The notes beneath the pieces are model-generated. The model was not told where the DNA came from and did not search any database. It saw nothing but the letters and a program-made list of their open reading frames with translations. A stretch of 64,000 nt of DNA from Nageia nagi. Lineage: Eukaryota; Plantae; Pinophyta. Of this stretch, positions 42,901 through 53,803 are shown one piece after another. The translations under genes were made by a program, and so were the position numbers. The stretch covers positions 67,890,001 through 67,954,000 of the forward strand of contig JBITNC010000001.1 of assembly GCA_050084985.1 (NCBI GenBank), in the 5' to 3' direction. Every line of letters starts with the position of its first letter. The first letter of the stretch is position 1.

Positions 42901-45093
42901 GTTACAAGAGAAAAGGATCTCTATCTTGTCTTCTTATGGTCTTAATGAAACCAACGTTTTTTTAGTTCCCTAACTATTTCACGACCCCAAACACATAATG
43001 TCCATTTTAATTTTCTTTCTCCTATAAATATCAAGAATCTTCTCCTATGACTTGAAATATAAAATACTTCTTCACTTATGTTTCAGAATTTACCTTTGAA
43101 CATGGCAAATCGAATTCAATCCATACCCTGCCAAAATAAGGTTTACCGAGAAAGGGAGGGACCCACTGCAAAGAACAAAAGAATCATAATCATGCACATT
43201 ACTTGGTACGTGCCACCAACTCAAAGTAATCACCACCCTGCATGGGGAACAAGACTCCGAAGTGATAGTAGGTTTGTGCCAGAGATAGGTGGGCATCCTT
43301 CTGGGTGTCTTGTCATGGAAGACAAGGCAAGAGCTACATACAAAGGCATTTGCAACTTGGCAGTTCCGCATTTGCAACTCTTAGGACCATGGATAGGTCA
43401 AGGTTGATGGAATCCGATTTGTGATCTCTCCACATCTCAATGCAAAAGTTTCAGGACTGCCGGAGGACGAAGAAGTTATCAAGAAGGTGAAGACTAAGCA
43501 GGTGGAGCAGCTTGCAAAATTTCTAAAGGGCCAGGAAACATTCTGCTAACTTCAGTCTGGAATTGCCCGTGAATCCCTTCCAAATCCATGGGATAGAGTA
43601 GCCAAAGTGGTGATGAAGTATTTGACTCTGGATGAGAAGAGGATATTTGGTTACCATATCTTGAATCCTATACACCACCAAGAGCCGCTGAATATTTTTG
43701 CTTTTTTATTTCAAGATCTGGAAAAATCTATCAACGCAAGGAAGCTACCACTTCACTAGGGGCTCCTCAAAATGATTGTTTGTTACATGCCTGAGAGGAA
43801 AAGGAAAAGGAGGAAAAAAAGGGTAGGGACTCCAAGGGGAAGCAGCCTCCCTATCTCCCAAACACAATTGCTCCTCAGACCTAGAAGGAAGGGGACTGAA
43901 ACTAATAAAGGAAAGGAAGCGGCAATTCAAAACATATTAGATTCAAGGGAGGAAAACTGTGGCACCCCTCTAGGCAAAAGGAGGAAGGTCACCATTGAGG
44001 AACAGTCAGAATGAAAATTGTAGAAGACTTGGAGGATTCTGGGTAAAAGAAGACAGCAGTGGAGCAGAAAGCAGCTAGAGCACAAGAGATAGTGGGGGGC
44101 AGGAGGCAGCATCTTCGGTAAGAGGTCCAAAGAAGTACGCAGTGGAAGAAGCCAAGGTCAATTACAAATTACTTGAAGACCTGTCCCAAACCCTGTGTCT
44201 GAACCTATTAGCTGAAGAGGTAGCAATACATATTAAAGCTTCAGCGGAGTTTCTGAAGAAAGTTGAAGAATGAAAGGAAGGGACCAGTCCAAGACCAAGG
44301 GTAAAAGCAAAGATTATATTTGTGATGTTGCTGTTATTTGTTTCTGCTTATGCATTTTTGTTGAGCTTTACCGGCAAGTAAGTTTTATGTAGGCAACAAG
44401 CCTCAAAACCCCCCGGACTAATACCACCAAAAAAAAAAAAAAAAAATAGCTCTGAAATTTTCATTTCCACGAATCTAATGCTCTGTTCAATTTGTTTTCT
44501 GACTAAAAATCTCATTCCTTTTCAAAGTCATTCATCCTTTATCCAACAGATGTTTAAAAAAGTCAAAAAAAATCAGGAACCATCAAAACAGATGTTTTGT
44601 TTAGCTTAACTTTACTCCTCGCTAAAAAAAGATTTAATACTCAATTTTAAACGTACTTCTCCAGATGCCATAAATTTACTCTGCTGTTTTGTTCTCCGCG
44701 GACCAAAAACCTCGTTTTCCTTCAAACTGTTCCCCAAAAGCTTCAATAATAGCTAAATTTACCACAAACAGTGTAATTCTAACCCTAGAAATCAGAAATC
44801 CACATACATACCCGACGCTGTTGCCTCACAGCACTGCTGGCACCAAATTCGCCATCCTGTTGCTCAAGTATCACGGAGGCCGTGGCTGCCTGGGCTTTAG
44901 CGCTGCCGAACATCCACAAAATTCGGACCCCCGAAGAAACACCAATTATAACCACGGGAGCCGTCAAATCTCCCTTACATTCCAACGAAATCCACGTCGT
45001 CGCCGCCAAAACAACCACATACAAAAACCCTAACACCAACACAGTAGTTCTCACATTCTTCCATTTCGAGATCGCCGTCGTGACCGCATCCAT
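12891..45093 (-). CDS. Class-3 lipase / sn1-diacylglycerol-lipase-like protein, 13 exons, ~883 aa if the exon-7 frameshift is corrected
   Basis: N-terminal hydrophobic helices, then YKRWLWWSRF, WRSFY..HD.AWKAHY.EIFDHGIRE, GDNWWRGHAAAF, VRGTETPEDL, GHSGIVEAAR, catalytic GHSLG, NDEFSARLS and DHMPW. Splice phases are consistent except within exon 7. Confidence 0.93.
14097..14186. repeat. 44-bp tandem duplication (2 copies)
   Basis: ttgagaactaatgagaagcttcatggatgttgtaatcatccc at 14097 and 14141. Confidence 0.9.
14817..15746 (-). CDS. Lipase exon 12
   Basis: IIYNDEFSARLS...MFVPGLVIHIV...MFVDHMPW; 930 nt open frame; donor GTAAGC. Confidence 0.92.
16156..16253 (-). CDS. Lipase exon 11
   Basis: LYKRYPSLHAYSYGVLPCVD...FVT; 98 nt. 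Confidence 0.92.
18508..18647 (-). CDS. Lipase exon 10 (catalytic GHSLG)
   Basis: GFLSSLLGPGGECQGYALRFVGHSLGGAIG; 140 nt. Confidence 0.92.
19047..19222 (-). CDS. Lipase exon 9
   Basis: HFGHSGIVEAARDL; 176 nt. An alternative in-frame acceptor lies 42 nt upstream. Confidence 0.85.
20725..21110 (+). pseudogene. PLS/E-class PPR gene fragment in intron 8
   Basis: GYAENGFSEKVLQTVKQMQLSCVKRNS...ILP (P-motif-like), then LEKAFNFI..MTIKP..LLWMCVVGVCGSHKNVGIGE (E-motif-like). Contains stops and frameshifts. Confidence 0.8.
21637..21791 (-). CDS. Lipase exon 8
   Basis: ARREAAYFVVV...VRGTETPEDLLTDGL; 155 nt. Confidence 0.93.
22480..22645 (+). mobile_element. LINE RNase H-like fragment
   Basis: MAMQQNLQHLLVKRDSEIIINDL and AYWDGNEPANILAK match the plant L1 RNase H motifs VEGDS and REGN..AD.LA. 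Confidence 0.6.
24066..24170 (-). CDS. Lipase exon 7 (apparent 1-nt deletion)
   Basis: RPVLEGDNWWRGHAAAFLKYLNLP/SALRKGRVHQ; 105 nt where 106 is needed; donor GTGAGT. Confidence 0.88.
24393..24484 (-). CDS. Lipase exon 6
   Basis: GPLLDVGRNPILFPCVWLYRQGILTPWSRS; 92 nt. Confidence 0.93.
24586..24707 (-). CDS. Lipase exon 5
   Basis: GLALLQ...HPFAEAAYT; AG/GT; 122 nt. Confidence 0.92.
25150..25900 (-). mobile_element. Degenerate LINE fragment (ORF1/endonuclease junction)
   Basis: Weak WN- and GDFN-like endonuclease remnants only. Confidence 0.3.
26086..26255. repeat. 58-bp tandem repeat, 3 copies
   Basis: aaattgcagatctgcccggaaagattattacagtccggaattacatatttaatt at 26086, 26144 and 26202. Confidence 0.92.
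26585..26808. repeat. ~113-bp tandem duplication
   Basis: atgaccct.aggaataat.cacccctgcttcaggcaagagaggggtattgtag at 26585 and 26698. Confidence 0.9.
27512..27623. repeat. ~29-bp degenerate tandem repeat, ~4 copies
   Basis: ttttctaaatttaagctatttatg units. Confidence 0.75.
29400..29547. repeat. Minisatellite (~22-bp subunit, 44-bp higher order)
   Basis: cctgtgccagcctgtag and cctgtggcaacctgtag units. Confidence 0.88.
30344..30952. mobile_element. ~600-bp insertion with GC-rich ends, probable non-autonomous DNA transposon
   Basis: Absent from the paralogous copy at ~29332; CAAG...CTTG ends; no TSD found. Confidence 0.5.
31731..31831 (-). CDS. Lipase exon 4 (GC donor)
   Basis: SILEADEVDSVAGLLGDLVAYRASGAGHLEFLA; ends AG|GCAACC; 101 nt. 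Confidence 0.88.
31934..32153 (-). CDS. Lipase exon 3
   Basis: GINSHGGVWKQ...CCLGRFQY; AG/GT boundaries; 220 nt. Confidence 0.92.
33357..33817. mobile_element. Mutator-like MITE
   Basis: ~85-bp imperfect TIRs starting GG(T/A)GCAAGCTATC. Perfect 9-bp TSD TTAAAGCTA at 33348-33356 and 33818-33826. Confidence 0.9.
37396..37920. repeat. Degenerate ~160-bp tandem repeat (~3.5 copies), probably TE-internal
   Basis: Recurrent gagcaaaat.acctttgtagctcc...gatgtggca...catcagctc. Confidence 0.75.
38475..40590 (+). mobile_element. Internally deleted copia-type element with short (~190 bp) LTRs
   Basis: LTRs 38475-38670 and 40406-40590; PBS TGGTATCAAAGC at 38671; PPT AAGGGGTGG at 40397; flanking AGCA duplication. 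Only gag/RT scraps inside. Confidence 0.88.
41029..41167 (-). CDS. Lipase exon 2 (MTYKRWLWWSRF...SCYP)
   Basis: cag acceptor, GT donor, 139 nt. This frame is absent from the ORF track. Confidence 0.9.
41700..42500 (+). mobile_element. Ty3/gypsy integrase C-terminus/chromodomain relic
   Basis: ELPDLYNL and LESIL...KQYLVE...EDSTWI (chromodomain-like) in and near ORF 42297..42563. Confidence 0.6.
42576..42720. repeat. ~52-bp tandem repeat, 3 copies
   Basis: aaacaaacagccag...aaacaaaa.tgaatgt. Confidence 0.8.
43100..44446 (+). mobile_element. 5'-truncated LINE 3' end (ORF3 homolog plus poly(A)) in intron 1
   Basis: VKVDGIRFVISPHLNAKVSGLP...PNPWDRVAKVVMKYLTLD...LNIFAFL; A18 tail at 44429-44446. 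The 5' limit is uncertain. Confidence 0.72.
44812..45093 (-). CDS. Lipase exon 1 (MDAVTT...QQRR)
   Basis: ATG at 45093; donor GTATGT; 282 nt, phase 0. Confidence 0.85.
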
Positions 45094-46980
45094 GCTCCCT
45101 AACAGCAAATAATTCGTATCACTACCCCGTACAACAATGTAATTCAAAGGCGGATGGCAAAAATTTCTCAGTTTTCTGCAAACAAGCCTTCTTTGCCGGA
45201 GGATGTAAGGCTTGAGACGCATCAAAGCGTAAAGCATGGGGGCGCCTGTGAAAGATATGCTGATTCCAATTTTCCTGTGGCAACGAATCACGATATATTC
45301 GGATTCGCTTCTGCCGGAATCGAATTCTCAATTCGAATTGTGATTTGATGGCTGGTGATTGATTTGGTATTCATATTCAAACGTTAATTTGCAGCTTGCT
45401 TGGGCGTTTTATTGGTCTTCTTCAACGACGTGCTGCAGGGGAAACGTTGGGCTTGGTCCTCAAAAATGACAGCAGCCGGAAACGTCGGGCATAACAAAGA
45501 GATCTTACAAATAAATTATACGTTGAATTTGGTATTTGTTTATGTTCAATAAATTTTAAAATGTATGTAATTAGTTTGAGCGTTTTATTTTAATAATAAG
45601 TTATTTTGTTGGTCGAAATTTTTTTGCACGTAATTTTTATTAGCATTAAATTTTGCATCAATTGGAATAATATTTTTCGTAAATCCATAAATTGGTTCAG
45701 ATTTCAAACGAACACACCTCAGATCTGGTACTTAAACTCCATGATCAACTTTTGTTCAAGTTTAGTCATTTAAATAGTAGGTAACATCACTTGTGAATAT
45801 GAAATGCTCATATCAACATCTTCGTTGTTATCGATATTGATGAATAAAATGATGAAATAAAGATGAAAAATCATGTATAAGAGAGTATTAACAAATACTT
45901 TGATATGTGGTATCAAGAGATAAAGTTAGAAACAAATAGTTGCATAACCTATTTTACTTTAACCGTTTCCCTAAAATCTCAATTTGAAGTTCTACATTTT
46001 GAAATTTAATTATTTTTTCTATAGTTTAAGCCCCAAACTTTTAAATTTTTGCTCCCAATTGAATTAATTTCATATCTTGAGCATACGAACGCTATTTTGA
46101 CTATCATTTTTCTATGTGGAGCAAACTGGGGCTTGTTTTCATGAAATTGGTTGTATGCCTAAATTATAAAGATTCAATGGGGGTCATTCTTTTTTTCAAT
46201 AAGGGTAAAAGATATTTACGACGAGTTTTCCACAACACAGGGCCCCAAAACCTTTATGTACATGAGAGTATAAATATTATGCAGTATTACATTTGAGTCA
46301 AAAAACTATCATAAAGTTTCTTCGTAGTTAAACAAAATGCTATAGGCTATCATCTTTCTTCACTGGCTCCTGATCGCACCAACCATGCACTGGTTGCACT
46401 ATTGAGCTCCACTCAACTTCAAAGTTTGAGTCTTTCTTATTGAAACAGTCCCAAAGAAGTTCCATTTCCATATTCATTAATCATTTTGAATTTGGGATTA
46501 GGATGGCCATAGGGATTTCTTTCTGATTAGATGTTAGAGTCACTATCCATCATTCCCTACCAAGCTTCTGTTTATTGTACCATGGGTATTGAATAGTCTT
46601 CATTACCTGTCTAACTAAATGAACATTCCTCCATTATTTTCCTCCCCTTCCAATTCATCCCCATTCAACAAAATATCTAAGTTTCTTGTAGACTTTCTTA
46701 AATCTCATTTTAGGGATGAAAGTCTACAACTTACTTGGCCCAGCAAGATCCTACTCAGAGCAGTTCTTCTAAGGAATTTGTTCCTCTGGGAGGGCCCGGA
46801 GATCATCCTCATTCAGATGGCTTTGGTTTCCTGTAGGGAAATTAACATCCACATCCTTATTTTCAATTATTAGGGGTGATAAATACATGTCATTTGGTTC
46901 TTCTAGAGGATCCCAAAGATCTTCAGACACATCCTCCATCAACTAACTTAGGAATCCCTTAGGGGAATTCTCCACCATAT

Positions 46981-48408
46981 CTATAGTGCTTGTAGCAACA
47001 GGGGTTCCCAATAGTTCTTCATCCTTTTCTTTTCTACCTCTATCTCATCTTCTTCAATCTCTTCATCCAACCCTTCATCATCTTCAGAAGCCACCACAAA
47101 TTTGTCCCTTCTCCTAGACGTAGCTTCATTATCTCCATTAGTCGATACTGAGTCCTTCAGGTTTGAAGAGACAACAATAAGCAGGGAAGTGATAAGCTCC
47201 CTAGTTGAGGGAAGCCTTAGTTTTGAACTATTTCTAGAAGAATATGTGGAAACTAGGTCTACTGGAGGAGGTTCTAGCACTTGTTGAAACAAATGCCTCA
47301 CCCTTCTTGATCTTGTACGCTCAAAATCCACCAAAATTTTGATTAATCCTTGATGCATTGGCATTGCTCCCCTATGCTTTCTTATATATGAATCCATTGA
47401 AGTATATAGAAAGTAGGGAAGATTAATCCTATACACTCCTCTAAAATGGTGTAGCAAAAGCAAATGAACCCCAAAAAGATTAGTGTGTATGCCTTCCATA
47501 GTGAACAGTTTCATAATGACTTTCGCCACCTCATCCCACGGATATATAATGGATGTAATGTTGGGATGTATAATGCATTATTGTAAAGGTTTTGTAATGT
47601 TCCTTTTTGTAAATTCTCCAATACTTAATGGTATTACTAGTTACCTTAAGTATTTAAGTGAATATGATAATATAACTTGTCCTACACTCCATCTCGTGAG
47701 CATGCCCCTTGGGTAAAAGGGAGTTGCATGTCATGCCTTTGTACAATGGTTAAAAGGGTGATATAAAGAGAGATTTTGGCCTATAAATAGAAGGCCCCCT
47801 CTTTGTAATCACTCACCAATTTGTGAAGAAAAGTTATGCTCTAGGATAGTGATTAGGAGATGAAGTTAAAAGGATTGTAAGAGAGTTGTCTTTGTGAATG
47901 AAGTAAGATCTTGTTATTGGATATACTCCTAGTTGGAGGAATCACTTTATAGATTGAGTCACTTTGTGAGATTGATTATGCTTTAGAATATTATTGAATG
48001 AGTGAGCTTTCAAGAGATTTTGGTAGTTTAAGATTATGTTCTTTATAGTTCAATCCTTTCATGCAATTGGGTAGGTTGACTTCCTTGTCTTCAAGAGAGG
48101 TACCTCTTACCTGTAAAATGTATGCACTTAAAAAATTGGATTCCTCATCTCCTTGTTGTACCTACGACCTAAATTGACCATCCTTGTATCCACTTCATCA
48201 GTTTAAGGTTGATTAAGAAGCGACACTTGTCTACCATGAAACTTCCTCCATTCTAAGAAGTTACAACTTGCCTTGACCAGTTGGGATTGTGGCCATTCAA
48301 TGCATATACAAACCCATCTATACCCCCATTGCATAAGATACACTAGCCTATTTGGTCCCTTCTGATTTCTACCTCTATAGTTGGTTTTAGATGCTTCTAG
48401 CTCTTCAT
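46981..48408 (-). pseudogene. LINE ORF3, unknown function, split by a solo LTR
   Basis: Candidate ATG at 48408. YPIASIIYPWDEVAKVIMKLFTMEG reads through once the LTR and one TSD copy are removed. Acidic tail; may extend below 46981. Confidence 0.72.
47559..48061 (+). mobile_element. Solo copia LTR inside LINE ORF3
   Basis: TG...CA ends; TSD TGTAA/TGCAA (1 mismatch). Confidence 0.9.
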
Positions 48409-48699
48409 CCTCTCTACATGCAACTAGAATGTAGAGTGGCTACGAATGCTCTTTTCTAATAAATAAATTCCAAGTTGCTAACCTAGACAACAAATATGGG
48501 CTCTCCACCTGTCCTCATCATCAATGACCAACCTTTGTTTGATCCATGGTATTTTTATAAAGAGAGGGCATGCCACTTACACACATGCACTCTTTCGAGC
48601 TTATCTCTTATCCTTCATGCTTATCATGTGAGTTTATTTCTTCCCACCCACCCTACCTTAATCTAAATCTTGCATTTCATCTTTACAGATAAGCTTCTA

Positions 48700-51600
48700 G
48701 TTCTCGTTCACCATACATCAAATTTTTCTTATCAATCTTTCTATTATCATCATTTTCTCTTGGAATATTTGTTTATTCCTTTCCTTCTAGATTTCCCAGA
48801 GCATATGGGGGAGTATCATAGCCCACCTTTGATTTTCCTCTTTACTAGGAACATTAAGAAGCCATTTAGAAATTGACTCATTGATATCAATGCCAAACTT
48901 GAATCTTTTCTCCTTTATGATTCCTCTCCATACTTCCTGAGTGAAAGAGTAGAATTGGCACAAATGATCTACTGATTCTTCTGCTTTGTAACATAGAGAG
49001 CATCTGTTGATAAGAATTTATCCTCTCTTCCTTAAATAATTGATAGTAGATATTCATTTCCTAAACACTAGCCATAGGAAATGGGTTACCTTAGGAGTAA
49101 CACCTTTTATCCATACTTTCTTAATAGGAAATTCACTTGCATTTACCTAAACAAGAGTGCAGTATCTAGACTTTACTGAGTATAGACCTCCTTTTCTTAG
49201 TTTCCACCTTGGGATATTCAGCACATAGTCAAGAGGTAAAGGTGCTAAGATTAACATATTGTTAACCACTTTCATAGCAATAGCTAGATCATGACCTGGG
49301 GGTAGAAGAATCTTCCAAGCTCTCTACTTGTTGCTATTTTCCATATAACATTGGGCTTTCTAATGAACATTATTTCTACCCCATCTAGCTAGATCAGTTA
49401 AGTTTGCAACTTAGATAAGGGGATTTCCACCAATCCATTCATCTTCCCAAAATTGTACATCTCGACCATTACCAATGCTCCAGGAAAAATTCTCCTTCAA
49501 GAAGTGCTTGATTTTGGAGATGCCCTTCCAAAAATTTGATCCTTGCCTATTCAAGTATGTTTGTATAAAGTTGAATCCTTCCCTTAGATATTTGTTTTGG
49601 TAGATATTTATCAATTTCCTTTCCTCCTTTGTGCTCACCTTCCATGCCAACTTTCCCATAGTGCTATATTAAATTATCACAGACTATAGATTACAGACTT
49701 TAATCCAACTTACTTAGGCAATTCTCTTTTTCTCCTCCATTCCTGTCCAGAGGAATCTATTGCAAATTTGATTAATTTGCTCACATATACTTATCAATAT
49801 TTCAAATGCTGACATACAATAAACATATATACTTTAAAGTATTATTTTTCACTAGGAGACATTTTCTAGCTATAGATAGAATTGCCCCCTTCCATCTTGC
49901 ATGTTTCTTCTGGAACCTCTCAATCAAAGGCAACCATAAGTTTTTTCCAAATGGTCCAACAAATAATGGCATTCTTAAGTAGGTTATGGGGAGATTTTCA
50001 ATTTGGCAATTGAAAATATCTATTATTTTCCTTCGCCCATTGACAAGGGTGTGGATGAAGAAGAGTTTACTTTTGTCATAGTTTATTTTCTATTGTAAGG
50101 CCTCTTCATAAAGTTATAAAATTTTCAGGTAATTCCTTGCTTCCACCACCAAATCCTTACCAATTATTATTGTATCATCTACAAACTAGTTATCGGTACT
50201 AACAATATTTGCGCTTGCAGGTTTAATTTCAATTTTTTTCTAGCATTTCTCTAGTCCCTAATTCTTCTCCCTAGGACTTTAGCCATCATGATGAATAAAT
50301 AAGGGAAATTGAATCTCCCTATCTTAGTCCTCTCTTTGATCAAAAGAATCCCATAACTTCTCTATTTATTAAATTTGAGAAAGAAGTCATAGAGATACAT
50401 TGTTGTATTTAGGATCTCCAAGTTGTCAAGAAACCAAAATTCTCATATATTATGTACAAGAACACCCAGTTCACCCTATCATATGCTTTTTGCATATCCA
50501 ATTTCAAAAGAAACATTGCCATATTCCCAGTTTGAGCTGAGTGTAATACTTCATGCATCTCTATAATCCTATCAACAATTTATTTCCCTTGACCAAATTC
50601 TCCTTTCTCTTCAGAGATAAGGTGGGATAGTATCATCTTTAGTCTATTCACTAGAATTTTGGTCAAAATTTTATAAACCATGTTACATAGGCTAATCAGG
50701 CAAAATTATTTAAAATCCTTAATGTGCACCACTTTTAGAATTAAAGAAAGGTAGCATTCTAGGGTTTGAGTAGTTATTCAAAAGATTGAATTTCTCTTAT
50801 TTCTTTCGATACTTTTGTCCCCATAATGCCCTAAAACTTTTGAAAACATTCAGCAGGGAAGCCATCCGACCCTAGGGATTTGTTATGTGCCATGGAAAAA
50901 ATAGTGTGTTCTATCTTTGCATCATAAAAGGGCAGTAGGAGTCTCCTATTTTGTTCATTAGTTACCAACTTTAGGATATTTCCCAAAATCTTCCCTGTCT
51001 AATCATTATTCAAATCTTATTCCATGGATAAAACTTGGTGAAAGAATATCACATGTGTTTCTTTAATTTCATTGATATCTTATGTGAGATCATCATGAGT
51101 ATTCTTAATTTCCAAAATTTTATTCTTTGCTATGTGCTTAAAGGTTTTCATTTTAAAGAACCTTGTGTTACGGTCACCTTCTTGAAGCCATGTTACTATG
51201 GATTTTTGTCTCCATTTGGTTTCTTCTTGCATTAGAGTATTATACAGATCACATAAAACTTCATTTTATTCCTATTTTAGCTCTTCTCACAATCTTGTAA
51301 TTTCCATTTCATGCTTGATTCCCTCGATTCTTGCTTTTAGGGTCTCTTTTTTTTCCTTCTATCCTCCCAAACACCTCATGGTTCCAAATTTTTATTTTTT
51401 GCTTGACATGATGTAATTTGTTAGCCACCCTTTACATTTTGTTCATGTAGATGGGCATGTTCCACCACTATTTTATTTTTCTTCTATCTCCAGGTGACTT
51501 AGCCACATATTTTCAAAGTGAAAGGGGTGGTTTTTTATGACTTGATCTTTAATATCAAGAAGGAGTGCATTATGATAAGATCCAACTCATGGCAAGGCCC

Positions 51601-52330
51601 GTAGTTGGTACTCAAGGAATTCATTTATCCATCCTTGGGATACCATTATTCTTTCTAGCTTGCACATGATAAACTTCTCTCTTGATTACTTATTTGTCCA
51701 AGTGTACTTAGTTCCATGGATTCTCAATCAAACATACCTGTGTTACACAAGAAAGTCCTTAGATCTTTCATTCTTAACAATTGATTCCCCTCTAGTTTAC
51801 CCTCAAATTTCTCCTTTAAACACAGTGAGGAATTAAAATCTCCAGCTAGGATCCAATGTTCTTCTTTATTTTTTATGATTTCTTCCAACTTCCTCCAAAG
51901 TCTCCTTCTTTCTAACAATTTATTATATGTATATATATTGAAGACATTCAACTTCTTCCTCGTTACCTTGTGAATGAGAATGATCCAAATGAAATTAGTA
52001 TTTGCTTCCATGATTGTTCTCTCAAAGAGGTCTGGGTTCCATAGGTACATAATTCCCCCAGAGTTTCCTTGGGCTGGGACATATGCCATTTCTTCTTACA
52101 TCTAAATTCTCTATTTTACCATTTTAGTTTTTCCTTCTTTAACCTTTGTTTCCTGTAGGAAAAATAGATCAGGCTTCTACTTCCTACAAATTTTCTACAT
52201 AAGCCTACTTTCTAAGGGGTGCTCAACCCCCTCAGATTCTAAGAAAGAACTAGCATTTGACACCCTTTCTAAAGGGTGCTCTATCCCTAATGGTGTCCAG
52301 AGTTCCTTGTCTCCCGTAAATAATATTTCT
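48700..52330 (-). pseudogene. LINE ORF2 (APE endonuclease, RT, zf-RVT)
   Basis: PDLFFLQETK, WILAGDFN, GSDGFPAE, LKLDMQKAYDRVNW, FVDDT, IGNGRDVQFWEDEW, RCSLCYKAEESVDHL, LWEI.KERN. No RNase H seen. Confidence 0.9.
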
Positions 52331-52379
52331 TTCCATCTCACTTTTCCCACCGAAGGTTTTCCTTTGGATGTGCTTCTTG

Positions 52380-53400
52380 TCATTATTTTTCTATCAAATT
52401 AGGTTTCTTTAACTATCATTCTAGATGAGTTTAACCTATTTTTTAGTCCCTTCTTTTTCCCTTTTATTGTCTACCAATCTTCCTTTGATGAAAGTTCTTT
52501 TTGGATCTTGCCCATGGCCATCAGGTTGTTATTAGGGGAACTTTCCACTTCAATTTCATCTTTCTCTTCTTCTTCATCACTAGTCTCTTCTTATTGCTTA
52601 TTTTGGTTAATTTCACCATCCTTCGGGCCTTCTCCTTTGGCCACTTCCTTTGGACAGGGTTCCTCCTGTGGTAATTTTGGTTTCCATTCTTTTTTGTTTT
52701 GTAGAACTCTTTTTGGGCATAACTTCATGATATGACCAACCTAGTTGCATAAGGAATAGAGTTAACTATTTATTTTGTATTGTAGTTCTTTCTCAATACG
52801 TCTAATTTATGATTCCAAAGTGATTGAGGTAGAGAATTTCACTCCAAATTTAACCATAACACAAAATCAAGTTGATACCATCTTAGATCAAGCTTTTGTT
52901 ACATCATCTACTTTAATGAATCTTTCGAAGGAGTTTCCAATGCCCTTAAAGACCTTTTGGTGCCATATGTCAAAAGGGAGGTTTGGTAGTATCACCCATA
53001 TGGGTGCTCTCATTAGCTAAGCCCTTTGCAGATCAAATTCAAGTCACCATCACTCCAAGAAAATTCCCTTATTATTAATGAACCAAGCTAAGTCATTTTA
53101 ATCCTCTTCATTGCTAAAGACAAATAACATGTAGTCATTTGGTAAGGCTGTGATATCTAGACTTCCTTTGAGTTTCCATTTGAATTTCATCCATCTCCTA
53201 ACATCATCTAACTTGAAATTTATTGATCACGATTAATCTCCCTCTTACTATAGTTTGATTCATCACAACTTGTGGAATTTCAATTTTCCATCTTTCTCAA
53301 CTATGACCCATAGTGGAGGTCTGATATTTGTCTTCGCATCTTGAGAGAAAATTTTCCTCCAACATTTTTATTTTTCCATATTAGCTCCTTATTCATTTTT
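52380..53400 (-). pseudogene. LINE ORF1 (DUF4283-like plus zinc knuckle)
   Basis: WKLKGSLDITALPNDYMLFVF, PIWVILPNLPFDIW, LCN.VGHIMKLCP; multiple stops. Confidence 0.8.
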
Positions 53401-53803
53401 GAGTTTCAAAGAGCCTTGCTAACTAAATTAGAAAAAAATAAATTGTAATCCTATTTGCATGCTATGATTATAAAGCATTCACACTTTGCAATCCTCCTCG
53501 CATGCTACAGGTATAGAGAGCTTGCACTTCGTAATTCTCCTTGCCTACTATAGTTACAAAGTGGTTACTTTTGAAAACATGACATGGGGGGTCATTCTTT
53601 ATACTATAGTGTAATGGCATTTTTAAGGAATTTCTTTTATGCATGATTGATCCTACAAGATACATTCCAAAGTCCCATTTACCCTCATTTGATTATTTGT
53701 TCACATATTTTGGACCTTGTTATTAGCCCATTATGTTTTATAGTGGATCCTGTACACTTATGCTTGTGAAGTTCCTTTCAATTAAACTATCCTTTTAATT
53801 ATG

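Larger units (their letters stand above)
46190..53583 (-). mobile_element. Full-length degenerate L1-clade LINE with ORF1, ORF2 and an extra ORF3
   Basis: TSD atggggg(g)tcattcttt at 46177-46192 and 53584-53600; poly(T) on the plus strand at 46190-46196; three ORFs in the same orientation. Confidence 0.9.

Noticed and set aside
43050-43100. TSD for the intron-1 LINE fragment
   Set aside because: No convincing upstream match to the sequence after the poly(A).
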